DNA of 62,941 bases, filler included, from Guillardia theta CCMP2712 (taxonomy: Eukaryota; Protista; Cryptophyta), in assembly GCF_000315625.1 (NCBI RefSeq). It is 7 parts of 7 records of this genome, joined end to end, with 100 filler letters (N's around TTAATTAATTAA, not from the genome) between each part and the next. Parts side by side here need not be neighbours in the genome. Positions count along the whole stretch, not along the records: positions 52,722 to 56,521 come from NW_005434100.1; positions 56,622 to 59,827 come from NW_005434628.1; positions 59,928 to 62,941 come from NW_005434065.1; 4 more parts are not named here. One strand, written 5' to 3'. A model generated the notes under the pieces. That model had not been told where the DNA came from. It did not search any database and worked only from the letters and a program-made list of their open reading frames with translations. The translations under genes were made by a program, and so were the position numbers. Below, piece after piece: positions 52,622-62,941 of this stretch (position 1 is its first letter; each line of letters begins with the position of its first letter).

Positions 52622-53094
52622 NNNNNNNNNNNNNNNNNNNNNNNNNNNNNNNNNNNNNNNNNNNNTTAATTAATTAANNNNNNNNNNNNNNNNNNNNNNN
52701 NNNNNNNNNNNNNNNNNNNNNGTCGCACTGTAGTATACCGAAGCCGATGGATCTACAAAACGCTTGCCCTATGGTAGCATATATCCCATATGCATGAATA
52801 CAAGCTCCAGCAAGGCCTCGTCACCCCGCGCCCAAATAGATGCGACTTCTACGCTCAGACAATCCGTCCGACAAGCTCCTTGTCCCTCGCGTCGCTTCTT
52901 GGTTCCTCATCGTGTCACATGCTCCAGCGCCTCTCTCATCAGCTCCTCCCTGCAGAGATGGATCGCTCGACTCAGCCTCAGTCCCGCGAGGGTGGCGTTC
53001 AGCCCTATGGCTTTGGTCGTGCTGCTGGCTCCTACGACCCGCTCGTGCGCTTTTTCCTCTTCCTCGTCAACCTGCGGCAATCAAAGGTCGTCAC

Positions 53095-53562
53095 CTATGC
53101 TGTAGTGCCCTGGTCTCTAGGCACCTGCTGGTGGCACCACTCTCTCACCTCCTCAATGTCTACCGAGAGCTTGTCGTCGTCACTGCTCTCGCTCTTCTCG
53201 CTCTCCTGAGCTTTGACTTGTCCCTCCGCCTGGTCGGGCTCTACCTGCTTTCGCCTTGACTTGCGAGGCTTCGAGTCCTTGGACCCTCGAGGCCTCCCCG
53301 CCTTCCCGCATGGCTTCCGCCTCCTCGCGTAGTCCTCCCGCTCCTCCTCCGTCCATAGCGCCTCCGTCACGTTCCACCATGTCCGCCGGTTCCAGATGTC
53401 TCGGATGGCCTTGGCCGTAACGCCGTGCTTGAGGCCTACCGAGGCGCTTGCGGCGGTCTTGATTTTCTTATCGTTTGTGCGGAGCTTGTAGATCTCGACG
53501 ATGGTGTTGCGGGAGAGCACTCCTCGAGTACGGAAGCAGTCGTGGTCAGGAGAGCTCTGCAT
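53095..53562 (-). CDS. Small HTH DNA-binding protein with AT-hook-like motif (family expanded in cryptophytes)
   Basis: RGVLSRNTIVEIY...SASVGLKHGVTAKAIRDIWNRRTW followed by GRPRGSKDSKPR. Confidence 0.75.
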   Translation of the reverse strand: MQSSPDHDCFRTRGVLSRNTIVEIYKLRTNDKKIKTAASASVGLKHGVTAKAIRDIWNRRTWWNVTEALWTEEEREDYARRRKPCGKAGRPRGSKDSKPRKSRRKQVEPDQAEGQVKAQESEKSESSDDDKLSVDIEEVREWCHQQVPRDQGTTA

Positions 53563-56500
53563 GAGAACGCGCAGAGCTAATTGATAGACTCTGCTTTGAG
53601 CTCATGGCCACATTGTCGTATCAGTATCTTGACACAGCACTACTGTGATCTGGCGCCTTGCTTTCTCCTTGGAGTTCAGCATGCTTGCTGCCATATTCTC
53701 TTGTGGCAACCAGGGAGAGAGCCGAGGAGTGTCTTGTAGGGGGGGGGGGGGGGAGGGGGGATATTTTACGATTAGAACATCAACGATGTATTAGTTAATT
53801 TTGTACGGGAGGAGAACCAGGAGGGGGACACGGAAACATGCCGGGGGCAGGAAAAGCTGCTGGCTTGGAAGCTGCCGGAATTGGGCATCAAGCTGCATGC
53901 ATCGATGAACTGAAATCTCGTGCACGGCCAGTCGATCTGTCATCTGCGCTCTGATGGCTACAGGGCTTTGAGCGAGGGCTTGATCAGCAAACGATATCAA
54001 ACTGCCATCTGCAAATCAAAGGTTCTGTGTTGACGACCGTTCTGTTTGTGTTGGCATTGAAACGATGACCTGTCTGCTCTTTAGCAGCAATGAGCGAGCA
54101 TGTGCCGACCTTTGGGACTCTGGTGGTCGATATGTATCATCTGAACATGCTCTCGAGTACCAGAATCAAGTGTTCCACCCTACGAACCCACCCGTGGAGG
54201 GCACGGCCACTGGAATCAGAGCTGAAAGGCGTCTGCGATGACTTGAGATATGCAAGAAGTGTATCGTGACGATGGTGGGCAAAGTGCATACCCTGCATCG
54301 TATATGCACATCCCGGTCTGAGCATCCTTTCGACATGCTGTACGGCGAGTTATGCTCGTCCACACGTAGCTGACAGCTTGCCTTGAGGATGGATAGACTG
54401 GACAGTACAGGCCATACAAGTCCAGACCGACCAAGCGACTCTTACACGTCTCCNNNNNNNNNNNNNNNNNNNNNNNNNNNNNNNNNNNNNNNNNNNNNNN
54501 NNNNNNNNNNNNNNNNNNNNNNNNNNNNNNNNNNNNNNNNNNNNNNNNNNNNNNNNNNNNNNNNNNNNNNNNNNNNNNNNNNNNNNNNNNNNNNNNNNNN
54601 NNNNNNNNNNNNNNNNNNNNNNNNNNNNNNNNNNNNNNNNNNNNNNNNNNNNNNNNNNNNNNNNNNNNNNNNNNNNNNNNNNNNNNNNNNNNNNNNNNNN
54701 NNNNNNNNNNNNNNNNNNNNNNNNNNNNNNNNNNNNNNNNNNNNNNNNNNNNNNNNNNNNNNNNNNNNNNNNNNNNNNNNNNNNNNNNNNNNNNNNNNNN
54801 NNNNNNNNNNNNNNNNNNNNNNNNNNNNNNNNNNNNNNNNNNNNNNNNNNNNNNNNNNNNNNNNNNNNNNNNNNNNNNNNNNNNNNNNNNNNNNNNNNNN
54901 NNNNNNNNNNNNNNNNNNNNNNNNNNNNNNNNNNNNNNNNNNNNNNNNNNNNNNNNNNNNNNNNNNNNNNNNNNNNNNNNNNGTAGCGGTTGCTTCGGCC
55001 TTGTTATCGAGCTCCCACAATCACACAGGCCCTCAGCAACCAGAGAGCAGTACGGTATGGCAGCAACCCGCGAATGCGATGCTGAGCAGCAAGCTGCAGC
55101 AAACAGCGAGGCGCCTCTGCTCTAGCGGCGTTGGATCCGCTGCGCTGAAACGACCCGCACCCACCCCTTTACAAAGCCTCGAAGTCATTGTTGCTCAAGT
55201 CAAACCCTCGCGCTGCAGCCTCGCAGTGAGCTGGTCGCTGGTCTCGGGCGCTGTCGTCCGCCTTCCAACACACCGTCTGCCTGCTCCAGGCTGTCTCAGG
55301 CTTACCCTCGTCACGGCACGCATCCTTACCTACCCTCACCCTAGTCGCACCCACCGCAGCTGATCCCTTCTGCAGATCATGGTCTCGATAGGCCCTGTCT
55401 CTCGGCCTCGCGCCCTAGTCTCTAGTCTCCTGTCTCGCTGTCTCCTTCGCATGCTCAGCAACCTGGCAGCATCCCGGGCTTTTCTGTCCACCTCTCGTGT
55501 GGCGTCCCCTGCCATGCTTGGTCCAAATGCGTGCGCATTTGTGCGGGACCCCACCCCTGCCTTTCTAGCAGTCCACAGCCGAATACCACCCTACCCTTTC
55601 CATGCCCCCCTTGCCCAAGAAAGATTCCGGCCAGAGTCTCCCCTGCTCGTCGCTCTCCGCGTCCGTCCGTCCGTCCCTTCCTCCTCGCCTTCTCTTGCTT
55701 TCTGCCTTATCCGCTTTGCTTCTCATCTGACCTGTCGTCCCTTCTCATCTTGCTCCCGTCCGCCATGCTCTACAAAGAAGAGGAATCAATAGGCTGATGA
55801 TGATCTTACTGGTGCTACCAGCCAGGAGAAAGCGCCTCCCTGCGGCGCCTGTTGATCCATCCCGGTCGGCATTCCCTGATCCGTCTGGACTTTGGTCGTG
55901 GACAGGTGCGGGATCGTAGGATCGCAGGACCGCGGGCCTGGGCCTCGCAGCCTGCGTAAAGTCGCCTTTTCTAGCATGGGCCGTAGCCAAAGATGCGGCC
56001 TGCTGGGTTTGCTCTGATCATCGACACTGATCTAACGACGCACTTGCTCGGCCCAGCCTATTTTCTCTTGATCGCTCCGTATCAAATAGGATGCTTTCTA
56101 CTCGCCCCCCTTCTTCTGTCAGTCCATGGTTTGGAGCAAATGTCTCGCAGCTCACCCCGTCGGATCTCATCCGCTGCCTCTCTGCGACCATGCCCTGCTT
56201 GTTCATGCCATGCCCTGATCTCCTCGACTCCGACGCCTTCCTGTGCATCCCGCCATCAAGCTGGAAGCCAGGAGCTCTGCGTACGGCAAGGTGCATCGTC
56301 AGGATCTCTGGTTGCCAAGCTCATCCAGCAGTGAGCCTGGGACAAGTTCTCAGCCTCCCTTTCCCTCTCTATCACCCTCCCTCCCTCCCTCCCTCCCTCC
56401 CTCCCTCCTTGTGAACCCTTTCAACCTTGCTTGTGCTGTCGCTGCAAACAGATGTCATCTTGCTTTGCACTGCCTATCCATAATCCGTGTAACTGTGCAT

Positions 56501-56621
56501 CCGGAGAAAGTATTCCGGTCGNNNNNNNNNNNNNNNNNNNNNNNNNNNNNNNNNNNNNNNNNNNNTTAATTAATTAANNNNNNNNNNNNNNNNNNNNNNN
56601 NNNNNNNNNNNNNNNNNNNNN

Positions 56622-57742
56622 AGGAGTAGGCAGTTTGTTGGATCAGAGGAGGAAGTAGTGACGACCGGAGCATGGCTGAGGGTCGACTTGGAGGGTGTGC
56701 AGACAGTGAAAGGACTGGATATCATGGGACCACTTTCGTTCTTGCCCTATGGTGAGGTAAAGAGCAGCATGAGATGTCTGTTTGCATGTCTTGCTGATGG
56801 GACATCAACAGTATCCAGAGATTGTCAGTCAAGGCTACACGCTTGCACCGTTCGAGGTCTCCTTGTACAACACGCAGCTCGTTCCCGGAGGGAGGGACCG
56901 GTTGGAGGAAGGGATGGTGGTGGAGAGGATCACAGTCCAGGAGGGGGATGGGATGGAGCGATATGATGTGTACAGCTGGTTTTCATCAGAGCAAGGCACT
57001 GAGGAGATCCGAGCCGACGTTGTTGTGGTGACCTCTGAGTCTTTGAGGACGAACATGGTCGGTGTGATGCTGTTGAGCAGATTACGCTCCTTGCTCCATC
57101 TGCTGACGTTGAGCTGGACATGAAGGAGCTCCAAGTCAGTGAGGTGGGATGGAAAGTGTGGAGGTTGACAAAGGTTGAACTCTCGTACACAGGTCAAGGT
57201 TTGGTCGACAGACTTCAAACATTGCGAGAAGTCGTGCAGATACGGGAACTGCTATCAAGGTTACCTCATGTTGCTCTCGCTACAAGTTGAGATGCGACAG
57301 GACGTTGTGTGTGTTGGGACGGAGACTTCGTGGGCGATGATTGCAGTGACAATGTACTTCACGCTCCTTTCTTCCTCCCGCCTCTGCATCCTCTCCTTGC
57401 CAGCGGTGACAAGTCCTTTCCTCTTTCTTCGCTGTGACTGGGCCAAGGGCAGATGAGCATGGAGATCGTTGGATGGACGAAGGAGACGATGAGGGGTGGT
57501 GGAGCAGGTTCAATTCTTATAGACGAGTTGATTGCTCGTTTGCCTATCATGACATTTGTGTTGTCTGAAGGTCTTCGTTAGATGCACTTGACAGGGAGCT
57601 CGAGGGTTTGCAAAATCCGAGCACGTGTACAACGGAGAATGTGATGGTCAGAGAATTCTCTCTTAGGTGTTTTGAATGGGATAGTAGGGATGATGAAAGA
57701 GGCATTGTTGTTTGAGCTGCTGCTGCTTGTTGTTGATGTTGT

Positions 57743-57836
<94 letters not shown>

Positions 57837-59827
57837 ATGCAGACATTCTCCTGGGACAACACCGGTCTGTCTGCCATTGTCTTCTATCTGTCAGGTCTCC
57901 TTCACATCTCAATGTCCTACGGCAAGGCCATGGTAAAACATCTGAAGAATGAGTGACTGGTGAGATGAAGATGTCGATCAGGTGGTGTCCGACAAGACAA
58001 AGTTTGTGTTTGGGCACTGTCCTTTCAACAACTTCAGTTGCATCTTTGAGGTGATGAGATTGCAAGCTGATAAGCAGATCTTGTTGAATAAGAGATTTGA
58101 TGATGATGATGATGAGGAGGAGGAGGAGGAGGAAGAGGAGGAGGAGTGTAAAAAAGATGATGATGGTGATGAGGATGATGATGATGATGATATGATGATT
58201 ATATGATGATGACATCAGCTAAACTGCCCCCTCTTCAAAACTTCCTCAACATGTCCATAACACGATTGTCTTTCTAATCAGGACTTTTCCGGCTGTTCTG
58301 CTCAGTCTGCAAGAGAGGGTAAATTCCTTTGAAGCTCTCAAGTCTGAACTCTGCTGATCTCTGGAGCAGCCGACAACCTTCACGGCTCTCTTCCTATCCA
58401 TGTGGAGGTAAACACTAGCGATCATGGCAGCGTCAGGCTGACACACTCCAAGGAACCGGAAGACTTTTCTTCTCAACCAGTCGACCTCTTCAACAAGTGC
58501 GGGAGTGTGTGTGCGATATAGCAAGGTGGTGAAGTAGGACGTTGCAGGAGAAGGAGAAGAGGGAAGCTATGGACGCGAATGTCATTGGTCAGATACATCT
58601 TCCGGATCAAACATTCCGTCCAGCAGTCTCTCAGGTCCGTAGCTCCTCTTTCCACCTTGTCTTGTCCTGACCTGCCTCTCTCAGGCTGCGGGAGCTGAGA
58701 AAAGATTTCAACCTGACAGAGCCGTTCATCGGTGTGACACATTTGATGAGTCGACGTGTCAAATTTGTTGTGCAGGCTGGCATGTTCGGCTTCATGTGCA
58801 AGATGAACTGAGGATCGGGAAATGTCCCAACATCGAACAACACGTGCAGGAAAGCACAGAGGAGTTCTTCTCTCCCTCCCCCTTCCAGCCCCCCTTTCTC
58901 TCTGTGAATGGCAGCACGGCAGGCGTTGAGACTGGTTGCAAGAAGGTACAAGCTGAAGAAGGTGAGATGAAACTGTGATGATATAGAACAAGATGAAATC
59001 TTGACACGATCACGAGCATGACAACATGATCTTGATGCCATGTCATGATGCGATTCACGTCAGTGCTTGACCTTCGTCCTGCCTCCGTTGCTCAGGTCTT
59101 CGTGGCGTCGGACGACCCGGAAGTGGCCCGGCAAGCTCAGCTTCTCTGTCCTGACTTGGAGGTTTGTCGACATGTCACGTGCAGTTGCAAGGAGTGACGA
59201 GTCACAGTTCACCAGCAACCTCGCCTTCGATCGCTCCATTCTTTCTCAGTGTAGCGGCGTGACAAGCGACTGCTGGTAGAGGAATCTGCTCAATCTTGTT
59301 TCCTTCTTCCTGTCCTTCCCCCCTCCAACATCTCCTCACGTGTTCCTTTCATGCTCCTTTGCTTTCTCTTGCCCTTCCTCCTTGTGTCGTTGTTTGTCTC
59401 CCACTCCTCCTTGTCATACAAATATTCACCATCATCACCAACACAAACACGTGGTCACGGCCTTCAACTTTCTCCACCATCATCGTTCTCCCCATCGCCC
59501 ACACCGACAGCAGCAGCTGCTGATCTTCCCTGCAGGCTCGAAGGAAGGGTCAGCCGAGGGGAGGTTCACGCCGAGGACATGACAAGAGGTGAAGGCGACG
59601 ACTCTGCCCAGCTCGACCTGACCAGCACGCCAGCATGGCTCGTGGACGTGCTCATGTTGTCATTCAGCCATGTCATCGTCGGACAGTTTGGATCCAACTT
59701 GTCCAGGTCTCGTCAGCTTCCTCCTCCTTCCTTTCATTCCATTGGAGCTTTGCCTCTCCCTCGCTCTCAGAGTGTGTGTGCCATTCAGACCGATTGGTTC
59801 TTATACGTAATGGAGTGAATCTCTCTC
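56622..59827 (+). CDS. GT23/FUT8/NodZ-like alpha-1,6-fucosyltransferase with N-terminal beta-sandwich and EGF-like segment; multi-exon, partial
   Basis: Spliced motifs EPFIG|WHVR (motif I), VFVASDDPEV (motif II, ~59096) and VDVLMLSFSHVIVGQFGSNLSR (motif III). Upstream are WLRVDL (F5/8-like) and CEKSCRYGNC. Confidence 0.72.
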
Positions 59828-59927
59828 NNNNNNNNNNNNNNNNNNNNNNNNNNNNNNNNNNNNNNNNNNNNTTAATTAATTAANNNNNNNNNNNNNNNNN
59901 NNNNNNNNNNNNNNNNNNNNNNNNNNN

Positions 59928-62900
59928 CTCTATCGCTTTCATCCTAGCACGAGTCAAGCTCCCGCCTGTCGCCCGGCCCGAGACAGCCTCGTCCTTGCTA
60001 CGAGCCCCCCAGCTCTCTGAGGTCATGACGTGCAGGCAGAGCTCGTCATCCGGCCGCTCCTCCTCTCTGAAGCACAGGAGCCGCTCCAGGAGCGAGTCTT
60101 GGCCCTCCAGGTCGATGATGCTGATGAGGCGGGTGGTCTTTCGTTGCATGCCGGCGTAGAGCTTGTCTAGCAAGCGCTCGGTCTGAGAGACTGGGCTGCT
60201 GCTCCATGCCTGGAGGTCTGAGAAGGTCTTGAGGAGAGAGTGAAACCTCTTCTGCACGTATCCCTCCATGGCAGGCTTGATGCTGCTGCTGCTCGCCTCG
60301 TCTTCTCTTTTTGTTTCCGAAATTCTCAGCGCTCCCGGCTGTGAAATGTCTTGCAACTTCAAGTAAATTTGTACCATAAAATGCCCTCCCTCGCTCGCCA
60401 TGTGCGCGCATGTCCTCCCTTGATTGTCCGGCTGCCCCAGCAGCTCCCGGCCCCCTACCTCCCCCAAGTACCGTACCGCCTCTACATGCCCTCCCTCGCT
60501 CGCCATGTGCGCGCATGTCCTCCCTTGATTGTCCGCCTGCGCCAGCAGCTCCCGGCCCCCTACCTCCCTCAAATACCGTAGCGCCTCTACGTGCCCTCCC
60601 TCGCTCGCCATGTGCGCGCATGTCCTCCCGTGACTGTCCGGGCTGCCCCAGCGGCTCCCGGGCCCCCTACCTACCCCCAGTACCGTACCGCCTCTACCAT
60701 GTCCTCCCTCGCTGCGCCATGGGGTGCCTCATGTCCTCCCTATGGATTGTCCGGCTTGCTCGAGCAGCTNNNNNNNNNNNNNNNNNNNNNNNNNNNNNNN
60801 NNNNNNNNNNNNNNNNNNNNNNNNNNNNNNNNNNNNNNNNNNNNNNNNNNNNNNNNNNNNNNNNNNNNNNNNNNNNNNNNNNNNNNNNNNNNNNNNNNNN
60901 NNNNNNNNNNNNNNNNNNNNNNNNNNNNNNNNNNNNNNNNNNNNNNNNNNNNNNNNNNNNNNNNNNNNNNNNNNNNNNNNNNNNNNNNNNNNNNNNNNNN
61001 NNNNNNNNNNNNNNNNNNNNNNNNNNNNNNNNNNNNNNNNNNNNNNNNNNNNNNNNNNNNNNNNNNNNNNNNNNNNNNNNNNNNNNNNNNNNNNTACCTC
61101 CCTCAAGTACCGTAGTGCCTCTACATGCCCTCCCTCGCTCGCCATGTGCGCGCATGTCCTCCCTTGATTGTCCGGCTGCCCCAGCAGCTCCCGGGCCCCT
61201 ACCTCCCGCGAAGTACCGTACCGGCCTCTACATGCCCTTCCCTGCTCGCCATGTGCGCGCATGTCCTCCCGTACTAGTCCGGCTTCGCGAGCAGCTCCCC
61301 GGCCGCATACTTTCTCTATGTACTTCAAAGCCTCTACATGCCCTCCCTCGCTCGCCATGTGCGCGCATGTCCTCCCTTGATTGTCCGCCTGCGCCAGCAG
61401 CTCCCGGCCCCCTACCTCCCCCAAGTACCGTAGTGCCTCTACATGCCCTCCCTCGCTCGCCATGTGCGCGCATGTCCTCCCTTGATTGTCCGCCTGCGCC
61501 AGCAGCTCCCGGCCCCCTACCTCCCCCAAGTACCGTACCGCCTCTACATGTCCTTCTCTGCTCGCCATGTGCGCGCATGTCCTCCCTTCCTTGTCTGCCC
61601 GCGCGAGCAGCTCCCGGCCCCCTACCTCCCTCAAGTACCGTAGTGCCTCTACATGCCCTCCCTCGCTCGCCATGTGCGCGCATGTCCTCCCTTGATTGTC
61701 CGCCTGCGCCAGCAGCTCCCGGCCCCCTACCTCCCCCAAGTACCGTAGTGCCTCTACATGCCCTCCCTCGCTCGCCATGTGCGCGCATGTCCTCCCGTAC
61801 ACGTCCGGCTGAGCGAGCAGCTCCCGGCCCCCTACCTCCCTCAAGTACCGTAGCGCCTCTACATGCCCTCCCTCGCTCGCCATGTGCGCGCATGTCCTCC
61901 CGTCCTTGTCCGCCTGCCCCAGCAGCTCCCGGCNNNNNNNNNNNNNNNNNNNNNNNNNNNNNNNNNNNNNNNNNNNNNNNNNNNNNNNNNNNNNNNNNNN
62001 NNNNNNNNNNNNNNNNNNNNNNNNNNNNNNNNNNNNNNNNNNNNNNNNNNNNNNNNNNNNNNNNNNNNNNNNNNNNNNNNNNNCGCTCGCCCAGTGCGCG
62101 CATGTCCTCCCGTCCTTGATTGGCTGGGCGAGCAGCTCCCGGCACCCCTACCTCCCCCAAGTACCGTAGCGCCTCTACATGATCTTCCAAGATTGCCAAG
62201 TGCGCGCATGTCTGACCCTGATCGTTCTCAGTAGAAAGATTAGCTCCCTGTTCAATCAAGACTTGCATGCAACTTACGTCTTCTTGTCTGACTCCCACGT
62301 GCAATGGCGTGTCTCCGTTGCTCAAGGTCTCCGTCACTGTTCCTTCTCCCCGTCCGATCATCGGTANNNNNNNNNNNNNNNNNNNNNNNNNNNNNNNNNN
62401 NNNNNNNNNNNNNNNNNNNNNNNNNNNNNNNNNNNNNNNNNNNNNNNNNNNNNNNNNNNNNNNNNNNNNNNNNNNNNNNNNNNNNNNNNNNNNNNNNNNN
62501 NNNNNNNNNNNNNNNNNNNNNNNNNNNNNNNNNNNNNNNNNNNNNNNNNNNNNNNNNNNNNNNNNNNNNNNNNNNNNNNNNNNNNNNNNNNNNNNNNNNN
62601 NNNNNNNNNNNNNNNNNNNNNNNNNNNNNNNNNNNNNNNNNNNNNNNNNNNNNNNNNNNNNNNNNNNNNNNNNNNNNNNNNNNNNNNNNNNNNNNNNNNN
62701 NNNNNNNNNNNNNNNNNNNNNNNNNNNNNNNNNNNNNNNNNNNNNNNNNNNNNNNNNNNNNNGATAGTTCATCATCACATCCAAGGGTGCATCTGCCATC
62801 CGGTCTTTGACTCGCTGCGACTGCATCATGCCCTCCAGGTCTCGACCGATCTCTTCCTCCACGTTCTCCAGCAGCGCCATGAACAGCTGCTTCCGCTTCC

Positions 62901-62941
62901 CCAGAGTCTCCTCTATCGTCGAGCACGTCAAGTTCGCGTTG
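59928..62941 (-). CDS. Ankyrin-repeat protein (partial, gapped)
   Basis: GDTPLHVGV..., then many near-identical 35-aa repeats GRTCAHMASEGGHVEALRYLGEVGGRELLAQADNQ, and a unique C-terminal region. Confidence 0.88.
60381..62220 (-). repeat. 105-bp tandem array encoding ankyrin repeats
   Basis: Unit recurs at a 105-bp period (60381, 60486, 60591...), interrupted by N gaps. Confidence 0.93.

Noticed and set aside
55058-56520. Possible mitochondrial-targeted gene (MLSSKLQQTARRL / MLSNLAASRAF)
   Set aside because: I could not build a coherent exon chain or recognise a domain.

Overview
Eukaryotic nuclear DNA, most likely from a cryptophyte alga (Guillardia/Hanusia-like). Support for that call: short GT-AG introns with CTGAC branch points, introns filled with microsatellites, and a lineage-typical 'GVTAKAIRDIWNRRTW' HTH protein. 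The window is not one locus. Seven scaffolds are joined by artificial N44-TTAATTAATTAA-N44 linkers, in descending size order. The most notable item is in scaffold 1 (1-~6730): the end of a probable integrated DNA virus or virus-like mobile element (Polinton-like virus, virophage or giant-virus type). It carries a >1600-aa intronless fibre-like gene (TSN repeats, LamG-like domain, collagen run, GNIGIN fibre motif), a small ORF and a ~1.1-kb non-coding terminal region packed with hairpins, palindromes, 75-bp tandem repeats and dyad sites. The element abuts, and seems to truncate, a host glycosyltransferase gene. Next come an intronless bacterial-like CHAT (caspase-like) protease gene and a large ATM/Tel1 kinase gene. 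The other scaffolds hold a secreted LysM protein, an Sfi1-like protein, an acylated adenylate-kinase-like protein, C2-domain protein exons, a CNGG-repeat Cys-rich protein, an HTH/AT-hook protein, a GT23-like fucosyltransferase and an ankyrin-repeat protein. No capsid, polymerase or integrase gene lies inside the window, so the element's class is an inference.
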